A stretch of 40,043 bases of DNA from an uncultured Deinococcales bacterium (GTDB lineage: Bacteria > Deinococcota > Deinococci > Deinococcales > JAAFIG01). Below the pieces are notes generated by a model, which saw only the letters and a list, made by a program, of their open reading frames with translations, had not been told where the DNA came from and did no database searches. Below are positions 18,023 through 28,487 of this stretch, piece by piece (positions within the stretch are counted from its first letter, which is position 1; each line of letters begins with the position of its first letter). The position numbers and the translations under genes are program-made. The stretch covers positions 1 through 40,043 of the forward strand of contig CAXTKV010000016.1 of the NCBI GenBank assembly GCA_964244895.1. The letters run 5' to 3'.

Positions 18023-18553
18023 TCAGCGTCGCGCGGTCAAACGCTCGTCTGCGGCGGTCTCGAGATCGCTGACCTCGAAATCCTTGGCGTACCACGACAA
18101 CACCGGGCGCGCATCGACTGCAAACGCGTACCCGAGGCGCTCCCAGAAACGCACCGCGCCGGGATTATCGCCGTAAATTCCGGCCAGCACGCGTTTGACG
18201 CGCGTGGGACGCAGCATGCCCGACTGAAGGCGCACCTCGAGATCGCGCGCCGCCCACGAACCGACGCCGCTCGATTGCCACGGCTCGCCGATCAGCAAGA
18301 GGTTGATGGTGACATCACCTGGCTTCGGGTAATCGAAGGTCAGATCCACGTACCCGACGGGTTCCGCAACACCTTCCATCGAGATGAATTCGAGGTGGCG
18401 GCGCGGATCTCCGAAGGCCGTCTCGAGCTCGTGTTCGACATCCACCGGCAACGGCATGGGTGAGGCGATGATCTCGAAATACCGTTGGCTGTGGGCGTAC
18501 AGGCGGTGCAGCAGGTGGGTTTCGTCGGCGTGAACCGGGCGGGTGGTGAACAT
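18023..18553 (-). CDS. GNAT family N-acetyltransferase
   Basis: VGYVD...DYP....TINLLLI.E.WQS.GVG and N.GAVRFWERLGY motifs; ATG 18553 with GGAGG RBS. Confidence 0.85.
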   Translation of the reverse strand: MFTTRPVHADETHLLHRLYAHSQRYFEIIASPMPLPVDVEHELETAFGDPRRHLEFISMEGVAEPVGYVDLTFDYPKPGDVTINLLLIGEPWQSSGVGSWAARDLEVRLQSGMLRPTRVKRVLAGIYGDNPGAVRFWERLGYAFAVDARPVLSWYAKDFEVSDLETAADERLTARR

Positions 18554-18814
18554 CAGACCTCCGAGGCGTGAACGGAACCTCGAGGTCTCGTTCGAGCGCC
18601 GATTTGATTGATCGGGTATCGCGTTCCGCAGTATATGCGAGCTTTTAAGACCCAGATGTGCTTTTCTCCAGTACACTTCAGGGCGCTCAAACTGAGATGA
18701 AAGGCTGCACGGGGCGTTCAGCGCGGACGGCACGGGCGTCACACGACGCACTTTATGCCGATCGTGATATCTTTTCGATGAAGGGCATTCACAAACACCA
18801 CTGGGAGGTACTAC

Positions 18815-19279
18815 ATGAAGAAGTGGATCATCGCACTCATCGCCGCGTTCGGTTTTGCCGCCTCACCCGCATTCGCCGATTCGTTTGGAGTCCGACTGGG
18901 TTTGCCAATCGGCGTTCAGTACCAGAACTTCAATCCCGGTGAGGGCACCGGCTTCCGCATCGCCTTGGGCACGTACTTTTTCCAGAACATCGAAGCGCAG
19001 TTCGATCTGATTCTGGGCCGCATTCCGCTGGGCACGCTGGATAACTTCACCGCGTTCTATGGCGCTGGCGCGCACGCCGGTTTCTGGTTCGGTTACTTCC
19101 TGGGCGGTTACTTTAACGTCGGCCCGCAGGTCACGGGTGGGCTCGAGTACCTGCTACAGCCGGGCTTGTCGATCGGTGCTGACCTGAGCTTGGGTCTGGA
19201 TCTTCAGTTCGGTAACTCGCTGGTGAACCTGATCGGGTTCTACTACGGCGGTTCGTTCTTCGTGAACTTCAAGCTCTAA
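18815..19279 (+). CDS. Small outer-membrane beta-barrel protein (signal peptide)
   Basis: MKKWIIALIAAFGFAASPAFA signal, Gly/aromatic-rich alternating strands, C-terminal FFVNFKL; GGAGG RBS. Confidence 0.75.
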   Translation: MKKWIIALIAAFGFAASPAFADSFGVRLGLPIGVQYQNFNPGEGTGFRIALGTYFFQNIEAQFDLILGRIPLGTLDNFTAFYGAGAHAGFWFGYFLGGYFNVGPQVTGGLEYLLQPGLSIGADLSLGLDLQFGNSLVNLIGFYYGGSFFVNFKL

Positions 19280-19296
19280 ACTCGCTCGATCTCGAG

Positions 19297-19322
19297 AGGC
19301 GGGCTTCGGCTCGCCTTTTTTG
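19297..19322 (+). terminator. Intrinsic terminator
   Basis: AGGCGGGC-TTCG-GCTCGCCT followed by a T run. Confidence 0.85.
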
Positions 19323-19327
19323 TTGAT

Positions 19328-19378
19328 ACACCGTCCAGTACACATATATGAATATGCGTCCAGCACGGTGTTCTCGAG
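19328..19378. repeat. REP doublet
   Basis: ACACCGTCCAGTAC...GCGTCCAGCACGGTGTTCTCGAG between convergent genes. Confidence 0.8.
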
Positions 19379-19380
19379 CT

Positions 19381-19860
19381 TCACTCCCTGGGCATGGCGG
19401 CGCGCACACCTTCGGGGAACTGTTCGGTCATGCGTTCTATGGCGCGCGCAGCGGTGGCTTCGGCCATCTTCTCGAAGGCGCGCCCGCCCCAGCTTTGACC
19501 GATGGGCAAGGTCAGGTAGACCGCGATCTGAAGGACGTATTGAATGCTCGAGCGTTCGCCATCCGGGGTGACGCTGGCCTGGCCTGCGACCTCCGCCCAG
19601 GCTTTGCCGGAACCGGGTTGCGCGATCAGTTTTGCCCCGTCGGGTTGCGGCTCGAGCCGGGAGTGAAAGTCGATGCGTTGCTCACCGAGGAAAGGCACGT
19701 CCACGCCCAGGTCGGCGAACAGGTCGTGATTTTCCATGCGTAAATTCTTGATGAACGCGACTTTCGAGAGGCTGCGCTGCACGTCCTGTACGAACGCGGT
19801 GGCTTCGGCGGCGGAACCGGAATAAGAGAACCCGAACGCGCGTTCGACCTCGAGCTTCAC
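19381..19860 (-). CDS. DUF3809-like protein (Deinococcus-Thermus specific)
   Basis: VPFLGE..I.F.S.L, AWAEVAG.A and WGGRAFEKM.EA.A.R..ER motifs; adjacent to a DUF3248-like gene. Confidence 0.7.
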   Translation of the reverse strand: MKLEVERAFGFSYSGSAAEATAFVQDVQRSLSKVAFIKNLRMENHDLFADLGVDVPFLGEQRIDFHSRLEPQPDGAKLIAQPGSGKAWAEVAGQASVTPDGERSSIQYVLQIAVYLTLPIGQSWGGRAFEKMAEATAARAIERMTEQFPEGVRAAMPRE

Positions 19861-19864
19861 GGCT

Positions 19865-20185
19865 TCACTCGATCCATTCGACGACCAGATCGCCGTTGCG
19901 GGCGGCTTCGGCCATCTCGGTGTCGGTCGCGCTCCGCAGGCGCGGCAATTCGCGGAAGCTCGGGGTGGCGCTGGCGTAACCGACGCGCACCACGACGCGT
20001 TCGCTGCCTTCTTCCTTGCCGATCTTCCAGACGAGCTGGTTTGAGAGCCCTTCCAGCAATCCCGCCGCGACTTTCGGCGCGAGCGTCACGCCGTCCGCTT
20101 CGATCTCGAAGGCTTCGCCCGGTCGTGGTTCGGGCGATTCGAGTTCTTCCTCGAGGCCGAGTTCGCGGTTGAGATCGTCAGGCAT
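19865..20185 (-). CDS. DUF3248-like protein (Deinococcus-Thermus specific)
   Basis: LVWKIGKEE...VVVRVGYASATP.F..LPRLRS..D.E......VEW motif; ATG 20185 preceded by TAGGCT. Confidence 0.75.
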   Translation of the reverse strand: MPDDLNRELGLEEELESPEPRPGEAFEIEADGVTLAPKVAAGLLEGLSNQLVWKIGKEEGSERVVVRVGYASATPSFRELPRLRSATDTEMAEAARNGDLVVEWIE

Positions 20186-20245
20186 GGTGTTCAGCCTACT
20201 CTGGCGGGTTTGTTGGGGCAAGGACGGACGCCACTGGGCGCGACA

Positions 20246-20295
20246 GAAGACCGTCCAGGACAGTCTTCAAGGAATGCGTCCTGGACGGTGTTTTC
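20246..20295. repeat. REP doublet
   Basis: GAAGACCGTCCAGGACAGTCTTC...GCGTCCTGGACGGTGTTTTC. Confidence 0.8.
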
Positions 20296-21451
20296 ATTCG
20301 ACGATCTCGAGCAGGGCGTATTTCAGGTAGCGCGTCTCCGGCACGGTGATGATCTCCGGGTGGTCGGCGGCCTGGCTTCGGCGCTCAATGACGCGCACGG
20401 TGCGGCCCGCGTCGGCGGCGGCATCGCGCAGCATCTCGTAGAAGTACGCTTCCGAGACGTGATACGAGCAGCTCGCCGTGCCCAGAATCCCGCCCCTGTC
20501 CAGCAACCGCATGGCGCGCAGGTTGACTTCCTTGTAAGCGCGGTAGGCGGCGTCCAGGTCGCGTTTTGATTTGGCGAAGGCGGGCGGGTCGAGGCTGATC
20601 GCGTCGTAGCGTTTGCCCTCGCGCTCGCGTTCGCGCAGCAGGTCGAAAGCGTTGCCGACGGTGTAGGTCAGATTCTCGAGGTTGTTCAAAGCGGCGTTTT
20701 CCCTGGCTCGTTCCAGGGCAGGCGCGCTGGAATCCATGCACTCGACCGCATCGCAGACCGTCGCCAGGTGCAACCCGAACGAGCCGTGGTAGCTGAACAC
20801 GTCCAGGGCTCGGCCTCGGGCTTTGGCGGCCAGCGCCAGACGGTTCTCGCGCTGATCCAGGAACGCGCCCGTTTTCTGTCCGGTAAACGGTTCGACCAAG
20901 TAGCGCACCCGTCCCTCGCGCACCTTCAGCATGTCGGGCACCTCGCCGTGGGCCACGAAGACCTCTCGGGTCAATCCCTCGAGTTCGCGCGATTTCGAGT
21001 CGAAACGCGCGAGCACGCCCGCAGGGCGCAATTTTTCGACGGCGGCATCCAAGAGCGCGTCCAGGTGCGGCTCGAGCGCGGCGGTGTTGGACTGCCAGAC
21101 CAGCACCTCGCCGTAACGGTCGATCACCAATCCCGGCAAGCCGTCAGCCTCGCCGTGAACCAGTCGGTAGCAGTCCGCGTCGATCTGAAGGGTTTCGCGG
21201 TACGCAATCGCGCGCTCGAGCCGTCCAACCAGAAATTGGTCATCCGCGACGGTATCGAAACGCGTCACCATGCGCACCGTGATCTCGGATTTGGTGTTGA
21301 CCGCCGCCCAGCCCAACGAGCGCCCATTCGCGTCCAGCACGGAGTAAAATCCCGGCGTTTCGGGTGCGCTTTTGACATCGGATCGGTACACCCAGACGTG
21401 ACCGGTCTTCAAGCGTTCCAGGCCGCGCGGGGTCAGGGTGACGGTGCTCAT
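20294..21451 (-). CDS. rlmI: 23S rRNA m5C methyltransferase, RlmI/RlmO-like (PUA + class I SAM domain)
   Basis: GH.WVYRSD, RLVHGEADGLPGLVIDRY, GQKTGAFLDQRENR, LDVFSYHGSF, LDPPAFAK, T.SCS, DHP....PET.YLK motifs. Confidence 0.88.
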   Translation of the reverse strand: MSTVTLTPRGLERLKTGHVWVYRSDVKSAPETPGFYSVLDANGRSLGWAAVNTKSEITVRMVTRFDTVADDQFLVGRLERAIAYRETLQIDADCYRLVHGEADGLPGLVIDRYGEVLVWQSNTAALEPHLDALLDAAVEKLRPAGVLARFDSKSRELEGLTREVFVAHGEVPDMLKVREGRVRYLVEPFTGQKTGAFLDQRENRLALAAKARGRALDVFSYHGSFGLHLATVCDAVECMDSSAPALERARENAALNNLENLTYTVGNAFDLLREREREGKRYDAISLDPPAFAKSKRDLDAAYRAYKEVNLRAMRLLDRGGILGTASCSYHVSEAYFYEMLRDAAADAGRTVRVIERRSQAADHPEIITVPETRYLKYALLEIVE

Positions 21452-21880
21452 GCGGGTAGCCTACCGCGCTGCGCATCGAGCCCCGAGCCGCTCTCGCCTC
21501 GACCTCATCTCGAGAAATCGCGTCCCGCACGGTGTTCTCGAGATGAATCAACACCGTACCCGGCGCGATTCTTTCAAAAACCGCGTCTGGTACGGTGTTC
21601 TCGAGGTTTCCTCGAACCCCATCTGTTCCCATTGCGAAAACGTGGGCTGGGGTCAAATGTCCTTTGAAAGCCTGGGACACTCGGTGTGACAGACACTCAG
21701 GCCGACGCGCTGTCCCTGGCGAAATCGGCATGTTAGTATCTCTCGGCACGCGTCACGGTCATCAATCACGGGACGCACAGTCTCACGACGGAACCGCACC
21801 ACGAGACTCAGTTGTGTCTCGATCCCGATCCGGGTGCGCGACGTACCCGAGCCGGGTGTGGGGACGGATAGGAGGAGGGC

Positions 21881-22198
21881 TTGGAGTCTTCAGTTGAAGT
21901 CCTGAAAGAGCTGGCCAGCCGCGAGCAAGCGCTCTCGGGTAAGGTCACCGCCGCCATCGACGAAGCCGCGAAAATCGTGGCGAACGCCGAAGCCAAAGCC
22001 AAGGAGATCCTGGCTCAGGCCGAAGCCGAGGCCGCAAAGCTCACCACCGAGTCTCGCGCCAAGCGCGAGACCGAAGAGAAAAACATTCTCGACTCGAGCC
22101 TGGCGACCGCCAAGACCGCCGCTGAGGGCTTGCGTTCCACCGCCGAGTCGAAGGTCGCCGACGCGGTCAAGCACATCGTCTCGAGTGTGTTGCCATGA
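21881..22198 (+). CDS. V/A-type ATP synthase subunit G (H)
   Basis: Ala/Glu/Lys-rich helical protein ending VLP, first gene of the operon; TTG start with GGAGGAGG RBS. Confidence 0.85.
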   Translation: MESSVEVLKELASREQALSGKVTAAIDEAAKIVANAEAKAKEILAQAEAEAAKLTTESRAKRETEEKNILDSSLATAKTAAEGLRSTAESKVADAVKHIVSSVLP

Positions 22199-22211
22199 GG
22201 AGGCTTCCGAG

Positions 22212-24212
22212 ATGATCGCCGAGATGACCCAGGTCCTGATCCTGGGTCGCAAACGCGACTCGCTGGAGGTCGTCCGGGTCCTTCAAGATGCGGGGGTCGT
22301 CCAGATTGACCCGCTGGAAGCTGGTGAACTGCCCAAGGGAACCGTTCAAGGCCCCGAGGCCGAACGCCGCGCCGGGCTGGAACGCCAACTGGCTCGCGCG
22401 GAATCCGCGTTGGCCGCGATGGGTGCGAGCCGCACCTTGCCGGATCTGGGAAAACTCAAGGGCGTCGGTAGCTTGGAAAGTTACCTCGAGGAAATCGGCC
22501 ACCGCACCGACGTGATCGCCAGCGAAAAAAACGAACTCGAAGCCGAGGTCGGCGCGATCAGCAGCTACGGCAAGGTCGCGCGGGCGCTGGCCGAACTTTC
22601 TGGGACGCTGGATCAATCTGCTCGCGTCTCCACCTTCGGCTTCACCTTCGTCACGCCAGACGAACTCGCCAAGCTCGAGAAATCCCTTTCTGACGCCAAC
22701 CTCGTCTACACGCTCGGGCACAAGGTCATCGGCCTGGCACCCGGAGACAGCCTCTCGGCAGGCGTGCTGGCGGTTCGCAAGGAAGACTTCACCACCGCGC
22801 GCACCGCGCTGACCCGTTCGGGTTTGAGCGAATTGCGCTTCCCCGGTCGCTTCGAGGGCCTGCCCTTCAGTCAAGCCGCGTCGCGCATGGATGAGCGCTC
22901 GAGGGTCGCGCCGGAAGCCCTCCAGGGCATGAACGCCGAACTCGACAAGCTCAGGCGCGACCACGCGGGCACGCTGGCCGCCGCGCGCGTCGAATTGCGC
23001 GACGAACTGGCTCGCTACACGACGCTGGAATCATCCGTCGCGGGCAAGTACGGCTTCGCCCTGCGCGGCTGGCTGCCCGTTTCGAGCAAGCCTGCCTTGG
23101 AAGGCGCACTCGCGCCCCTCAAGGGTCAGATCATCTACCAGTTCGAGGCCCCGGATCACCACCACACCGACAACGTGCCGGTCAAGCTCGAGAATAATCC
23201 CGTCGTTAAGCCGTTTGAACTCCTGATGGGCATCTTCGCGCCGCCCGCCTACGGCGCCTTCGATCCGACCTGGGTGATCGCGCTGTGCTTCCCGATCTTC
23301 TTCGGTTTCGTCATCGGCGATATCGGATTGGGTGCCATCTCCCTGGGCGTGGCGTTCTTGTTGCGCGGCATGGCGAACAACAACCAGACGCTCGAGATCG
23401 GCTTCCTGGGCGTGACCGTGCCACCCAAGCCCCTGTTGAACGTCGCCACGATCCTGACGCACATGAGCATCTGGAGCATCATCTTCGGCTTCATCTACGG
23501 CGAACTCTTCGGGACGCTCGGCGAGCACCTGCACCTGTTCTACATCCGTGGTGGCGAGGAAACCGGCCTGATCCCGATCCTCTTGCCGCGCCTCGAGTCG
23601 TCCGCGACGGGCATCATGCTGATCCTGGCGCTGATTCCGGGCATCCTGCAAATTCTCTACGGCTGGTTCGTGCGCTTTCAGCAAGGCTTGGCCCACAACG
23701 ATCCCAAGCACACCTACGAAGGCGCGGGCATGTTCATCGGGCTGGTCGGGCTGATCATGATCTCTTACGCTTACCGCAACCCCGGCAGCCCGAGCATCCT
23801 CTACATCATCGGCGGAATCTGCCTGGCGGTGTCCGTGTTCCTCAACTGGGTCATGGCCAAGCTCGGGCCGATGTCGGTGATCGAGATCATCTCCAACGGC
23901 GGCAACATCCTCAGCTACTTGCGACTTTACGCCGTCGGCCTCTCGAGCGCAGTCCTGGCGAAGCTCGCCACCGATCTGGGTTGGAGTCTGGGCTTGAAAC
24001 TCGGCGTGATCGGCATCTTGGTGGGCATCGTGGTCGCGTCCTTGGTGCATCTTTTCGCCATCATCTTCACGATCATTGGCCACGTCCTCCAGCCTTTGCG
24101 TTTGCACTACGCGGAGTTCTTCACCAAATTCGGGTTTTACGACAAGAGCGGTCGGCCTTACCGTCCATTCGCGCGCCTCGGCAGGGCACAAGCTCAACCC
24201 GCCGAACGTTAA
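22212..24212 (+). CDS. atpI: V/A-type ATP synthase subunit I (a)
   Basis: P.YG.FDPT, FFGFVIGDIG, NILSYLRLYAVGLSS, LQPLRLHYAEFFTKFGFY motifs; ATG 22212. Confidence 0.95.
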   Translation: MIAEMTQVLILGRKRDSLEVVRVLQDAGVVQIDPLEAGELPKGTVQGPEAERRAGLERQLARAESALAAMGASRTLPDLGKLKGVGSLESYLEEIGHRTDVIASEKNELEAEVGAISSYGKVARALAELSGTLDQSARVSTFGFTFVTPDELAKLEKSLSDANLVYTLGHKVIGLAPGDSLSAGVLAVRKEDFTTARTALTRSGLSELRFPGRFEGLPFSQAASRMDERSRVAPEALQGMNAELDKLRRDHAGTLAAARVELRDELARYTTLESSVAGKYGFALRGWLPVSSKPALEGALAPLKGQIIYQFEAPDHHHTDNVPVKLENNPVVKPFELLMGIFAPPAYGAFDPTWVIALCFPIFFGFVIGDIGLGAISLGVAFLLRGMANNNQTLEIGFLGVTVPPKPLLNVATILTHMSIWSIIFGFIYGELFGTLGEHLHLFYIRGGEETGLIPILLPRLESSATGIMLILALIPGILQILYGWFVRFQQGLAHNDPKHTYEGAGMFIGLVGLIMISYAYRNPGSPSILYIIGGICLAVSVFLNWVMAKLGPMSVIEIISNGGNILSYLRLYAVGLSSAVLAKLATDLGWSLGLKLGVIGILVGIVVASLVHLFAIIFTIIGHVLQPLRLHYAEFFTKFGFYDKSGRPYRPFARLGRAQAQPAER

Positions 24213-24285
24213 TCCCATCGAGATTTCACGCCGAAGCGCAGCTACAGATTCACCTGCTCTCGCAAGGGAGCATCTGGGAGGTTCT

Positions 24286-24600
24286 ATGAAGAAGTACGGT
24301 TTCCTGGTCACGCTCCTCGTTCTCGCCCTCGGCTCACTCGGTTTCGCTCAGGAGGCCGCTGCGGCGGTCGCCGGTACATCGGTCGGTGGCGGCCTGGCCG
24401 CCATCGGTGCGGGTCTCGCTCTGGGGCTCGCGGCAGTCGGCGTGGGTCTGGCGCAGGGTCGCATCGGTGCGGCTGCCGCCGGAGCGGTCGCCGAGAAGCC
24501 CGAACTGTTCGGTACGCTCCTGATTTACTTGGTGCTGCCCGAAACGCTCGTGATCTTCGGCTTCCTGGTCGTGATCTTCTTCCAGGGCGCAGTCAAGTAA
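24286..24600 (+). CDS. atpK: V/A-type ATP synthase subunit K (c-ring proteolipid)
   Basis: Signal-like N-terminus, GLA.GLAA.G.G.AQ..IG.AA.GA.AEKPE, and conserved Glu in LPETLVIFG; ATG 24286 with GGAGG RBS. Confidence 0.95.
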   Translation: MKKYGFLVTLLVLALGSLGFAQEAAAAVAGTSVGGGLAAIGAGLALGLAAVGVGLAQGRIGAAAAGAVAEKPELFGTLLIYLVLPETLVIFGFLVVIFFQGAVK

Positions 24601-24601
24601 G

Positions 24602-25180
24602 ATGGCCGACCTCGCCACATTGCTCGAGACGGAGGCCAACGCCGAGATCGAAGCGATCCTGGCCGAGGCCCGTCAGAAGGCTGACGGCATCCTGAAGGCC
24701 GCGACCGAGCAGGCTCAAACCCTGCTCGAGTCTCGCCGTCGCGCCCTCGAGACGGAGTTCGCCGCCGGTCAGACGCGCGCCAAAAGCGCCGCCGAGATCG
24801 AGGCATCAGCCCTTCGCCTATCCGCCAACCACGGCAGCACAGAGAAAGCCTTCGCTCAGGCGGAGGCCGAACTGCGCGCCTTCACCAAATCCGGCGAGTA
24901 CAAGGTCACGCTCGGCAAGCTGATCAGTGAGGCCAAAAACGCGCTCGGCACGGTCAGCAAGCTTCAGGCCAACCCGAGCGAACTGACCGCCGTGACCGAC
25001 GCCGCCAGAGCATTGGGATTGACCGTGCCCGTCGAGGCCAGCGCGGATGTCGAAACCGGCGTGCGCGCGTTCTCTACGGGTGGCCAGACCTCGATCACCA
25101 ACACCTTGTTGGGGCGATTGGGCCGGGCTCGGGACTCGATTCTCTCCGATGTCTCGCGCCTGCTCACGCCGGGAAGCTGA
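24602..25180 (+). CDS. atpE: V/A-type ATP synthase subunit E
   Basis: Operon position; helical N-terminus; GVR....G...ITNTL.GRL C-terminus. Confidence 0.88.
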   Translation: MADLATLLETEANAEIEAILAEARQKADGILKAATEQAQTLLESRRRALETEFAAGQTRAKSAAEIEASALRLSANHGSTEKAFAQAEAELRAFTKSGEYKVTLGKLISEAKNALGTVSKLQANPSELTAVTDAARALGLTVPVEASADVETGVRAFSTGGQTSITNTLLGRLGRARDSILSDVSRLLTPGS

Positions 25181-25193
25181 GGGGGCATCTTTC

Positions 25194-26189
25194 ATGCCCG
25201 ATGACTACGGTTACATCAACGCTCGCGTGCGCGTCATGCACGGCAAGTTACTTTCCTCGAAGCTCGACGAGGCGCTTCAGGCCGAATCCTACAGCGAGTT
25301 CCTGCGCGTCCTGACGGAAACCGACCTCGGCCCCGACTTGGGCGAGGCGACCGCTGCGGGCGCTGGCTTGAAGGAACTCGACGCGGCGCTCTCGAGAAAC
25401 TTTTTCAGCACCGGCCAGAAACTCGCTCGGCTCGGCGACGGCGCTTCAGGGCGCGACATCGGGCTCTTGCTGGCGCGCTACGACCTGGGGAACCTCAAGG
25501 CCATCGCCCGAGGCAAGCTGGCCGGTCGCGCGCCTGAAGAGATCGAGGCCAGCCTCGTCCCGGCGGGCACGCTCAGGCCGAGCACGCTCTCGCAACTCGC
25601 GGCCAGCAACGATCTCGGGTCGCTGGCGCAGAACCTGAACGTGGTCGGGCACCCGCTCTCGAACGCCTTCCGCAAGGCCGTGGCGCAACTCGCGGTGGAC
25701 GGGGACTTGCTGGCCTTCGAGGTCGCTCTGGATCAGGCGTACTACGCCGAGGCGCTCAAGCAGTCATCGGACACGCTGCGGAATTACTTCAAGCGCGAGA
25801 TCGACGGTGCGAACATCCTGACCGCGTTGAAGCTCAAAGCGCAGGACAGGTCACTGGATATCGAACGCTACTTTTTGAAGGGCGGCAAGGAAGTCAACCT
25901 GGAGCGCTGGAACCAGATTGCCACCGGCGCCGGTGGGCTCGCGGGCTTGTCGGCCTTCTCCGGGCTGGCGGACGGCGCGAACCTCGGTCAGGCCGAGGCG
26001 GTCGTGCGGGCCGTGATGCTCAAGGAAGCCAAGAGACTCTATGCGGGCGACAGCCTCGGCATCGGCGTGGTGATCGGCTACCTCAAGGAAAAAGAGAACG
26101 AGGTTTCCCTGGCGCGTTTGATCGCGCGCGGCAAGTATTACAACGTGCCCGCCGAGACGCTCCGAAACGAGGTGGGTCGTGGCGTATAA
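25194..26189 (+). CDS. atpC: V/A-type ATP synthase subunit C (d)
   Basis: MPDDYGYINARVR, RYDL.NLK.I.RGK, EID..NI.T.LKLK, YL..KE.EV...RLIARGK.Y motifs. Confidence 0.92.
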   Translation: MPDDYGYINARVRVMHGKLLSSKLDEALQAESYSEFLRVLTETDLGPDLGEATAAGAGLKELDAALSRNFFSTGQKLARLGDGASGRDIGLLLARYDLGNLKAIARGKLAGRAPEEIEASLVPAGTLRPSTLSQLAASNDLGSLAQNLNVVGHPLSNAFRKAVAQLAVDGDLLAFEVALDQAYYAEALKQSSDTLRNYFKREIDGANILTALKLKAQDRSLDIERYFLKGGKEVNLERWNQIATGAGGLAGLSAFSGLADGANLGQAEAVVRAVMLKEAKRLYAGDSLGIGVVIGYLKEKENEVSLARLIARGKYYNVPAETLRNEVGRGV

Positions 26190-26505
26190 GATGGCCGTTC
26201 TGACGGACTCCGAAACCGCCACCGGCTTCCGCTTGGCGGGCGTCGAAGTGATCGAGGCGCGCAAGGACACCGCCATCAGCACCCTGGAAACGGCGATCAA
26301 GACCGGAACTTACGGCCTGATCGCGGTGGACGAGAGCATCATCGCCGACCCGGCCAAATCCCTGGAGCGCCAGATGCGCGGGCGCGACCTGCCCGTGCTG
26401 CTAACCATGCCTTCATTGGCGGTCGCCTTCAGCGACAGCGTGGACGCCAAAGCCTACATGCGCGATCTGGTGCGCAGCACCATCGGCTTCGATATCAAGC
26501 TTTAA
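26179..26505 (+). CDS. atpF: V/A-type ATP synthase subunit F
   Basis: MAVLTD.ETATGFRLAGVE ... YMRDLVRSTIGFDIKL. Confidence 0.93.
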   Translation: MAYKMAVLTDSETATGFRLAGVEVIEARKDTAISTLETAIKTGTYGLIAVDESIIADPAKSLERQMRGRDLPVLLTMPSLAVAFSDSVDAKAYMRDLVRSTIGFDIKL

Positions 26506-26574
26506 AGAGCCGCAAGCCGTAAGCCGCAAGGAACACCGAGACCGCTTTCAAGACGAGACGGAAAATCGAGCATT

Positions 26575-26633
26575 CTCGAGAACACCGTCTGGGGCGCAAG
26601 ATAGAAAACACCGTCCAGGACGGTCTTCTCGAG
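26575..26633. repeat. REP doublet inside the ATPase operon
   Basis: CTCGAGAACACCGTCTGG...AAACACCGTCCAGGACGGTCTTCTCGAG between subunits F and A. Confidence 0.85.
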
Positions 26634-26661
26634 CAAGGTTCAAGAAATAAGGAGGTTCAAC

Positions 26662-28398
26662 GTGCCAGGCAAAATCAAGAAAATCGCCGGGCCAGCCGTG
26701 ATCGCCGAAGGGCTCGAAGGCGCGAAAATGAACGACATCGTTCGCGTCGGCTCCGAGCAACTCGTCGGAGAGATCATCCGTCTGGACGGCAACGAATGCT
26801 TCGTGCAGGTCTACGAGGACACCAACGGTTTGAGCGTCGGTGAGGACATCATCTCGACCTTCTTGCCGCTGGCGGTCGAGCTCGGGCCGGGAATGTTGAA
26901 CGGCGTCTTCGACGGCATTCAACGCCCGCTGGACAAAATCCGCGAAGCCTCGGGCGATTTCATCGCGCGCGGTGTCAACGTCAAATCCCTCTCGCGCGAG
27001 GCCAAGTGGGCCTTCACGCCCGGCGTCAAGGTCGGGGATCGCGTCGAGGGTGGGTCGTCGTTGGGAACGGTGCCGGAGTTCTCTTTTACCCACAAGATCC
27101 TCGTGCCACCGAACGTTTCGGGCGTGATTAAAAGCATCAAGCCCGCCGGCGAGTACACCATCGAAGAAATCGTCGCGGTGCTCGAGGACGGCACGGAACT
27201 GAAGATGTACCACAACTGGGCCGTGCGCCGCGCGCGCCCGGTGACCCGCAAGCTCGACCCGAACCTGCCGTTCCTGACGGGCATGCGCATCCTGGACGTG
27301 CTGTTTCCATTGACCGCAGGCGGAACCGCCGCCATTCCGGGGCCGTTCGGCTCGGGCAAGACCGTCACGCAGCAATCGGTGGCCAAGTACGGCAACGCCG
27401 ACGTGGTCGTCTACGTCGGTTGCGGCGAGCGCGGCAACGAGATGACGGACGTGCTGGTCGAATTCCCGGAACTCGAGGACCCCAAGACCGGCAAGCCGTT
27501 GATGCAGCGCACGATCCTGCTGGCGAACACCTCGAACATGCCGGTGGCGGCCCGAGAAGCCAGCCTGTACTGCGGTGTGACGCTGGCCGAATACTTCCGC
27601 GATCAGGGCTACGCGGTATCCATGATGGCGGATTCCACCAGCCGCTGGGCGGAGGCGCTCCGCGAGATCGCCTCGCGCCTCCAGGAAATGCCCGCCGAGG
27701 AAGGCTACCCGCCGTACCTGGCCTCGCGCCTGTCGGCCTTCTACGAGCGCGCCGGGCGCGTCACGACGCTGGCGGGCGACGCCGGATCGGTCTCCGTCAT
27801 CGGTGCGGTCTCCCCAGCCGGTGGCGACCTCTCGGAACCCGTCACGCAGTCCACGCTGCGCATCACGGGCGCGTTCTGGGCGCTCGATGCCAGCCTGGCG
27901 CGCGCGCGCCACTTCCCGGCGATCAACTGGGCCAACAGCTACAGCCTGTTCAACAACATCCTCGAGCCGTGGTACCGCGCCAACATCGCGCAGGATTACC
28001 CGGAGAAGCGCACGCAACTGATCACACTCCTTCAGCGCGAAGCTGCGCTTCAGGAAGTCGTGCAGCTCGTCGGCCCGGACGCGCTGGCGGACGCGGAACG
28101 ATTGAGCTTGGAAGTCGGGCGCATCATCCGCGAGGATTTCCTCCAGCAAAACGGCTACGACAAGGTCGACGCGAGCTGCTCGATGGAAAAAGCCTACGGC
28201 ATGATCAACATGATGCTGGAACTCTACAAGGCCGGTGACGCCATGCTCGCCAAGGGCGGCGCGATCGGTGATTTCCTGGGCGACGCCGAAACCATCGAGA
28301 AAGTCGGACGCGCGCGCTTCGTACCCGAGAACGAATTTCCGGCCTACCAGGCCGAGTACATGAAGCTGCTCGAGACCGCCTTCAAGGCGAAGGTCTAA
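26662..28398 (+). CDS. atpA: V/A-type ATP synthase subunit A (catalytic)
   Basis: Walker [48 protein letters not shown]; no intein-sized insertion. Confidence 0.98.
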   Translation: MPGKIKKIAGPAVIAEGLEGAKMNDIVRVGSEQLVGEIIRLDGNECFVQVYEDTNGLSVGEDIISTFLPLAVELGPGMLNGVFDGIQRPLDKIREASGDFIARGVNVKSLSREAKWAFTPGVKVGDRVEGGSSLGTVPEFSFTHKILVPPNVSGVIKSIKPAGEYTIEEIVAVLEDGTELKMYHNWAVRRARPVTRKLDPNLPFLTGMRILDVLFPLTAGGTAAIPGPFGSGKTVTQQSVAKYGNADVVVYVGCGERGNEMTDVLVEFPELEDPKTGKPLMQRTILLANTSNMPVAAREASLYCGVTLAEYFRDQGYAVSMMADSTSRWAEALREIASRLQEMPAEEGYPPYLASRLSAFYERAGRVTTLAGDAGSVSVIGAVSPAGGDLSEPVTQSTLRITGAFWALDASLARARHFPAINWANSYSLFNNILEPWYRANIAQDYPEKRTQLITLLQREAALQEVVQLVGPDALADAERLSLEVGRIIREDFLQQNGYDKVDASCSMEKAYGMINMMLELYKAGDAMLAKGGAIGDFLGDAETIEKVGRARFVPENEFPAYQAEYMKLLETAFKAKV

Positions 28399-28400
28399 TA

Positions 28401-28487
28401 TGAAATCGTCTTTCACTTGCGCGGCTTCGCCGCTTCAGTTCCAGACGATTTCATTCGTATCCTACGCGCCAGAGCGCGGTTTTGATT
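28401..28487 (-). repeat. Dispersed ~85-bp structured non-coding repeat, copy B
   Basis: Inverted copy of 6856-6936; contains a TGAAATCGTCT...AGACGATTTCA stem and an internal GCGG-CTTCG-CCGC hairpin. Confidence 0.85.

Noticed and set aside
28405..28445. CTGAAG...GAAA on the minus strand read as a hammerhead ribozyme
   Set aside because: The core does not match CUGANGA, and stems I-III cannot be built convincingly by eye.
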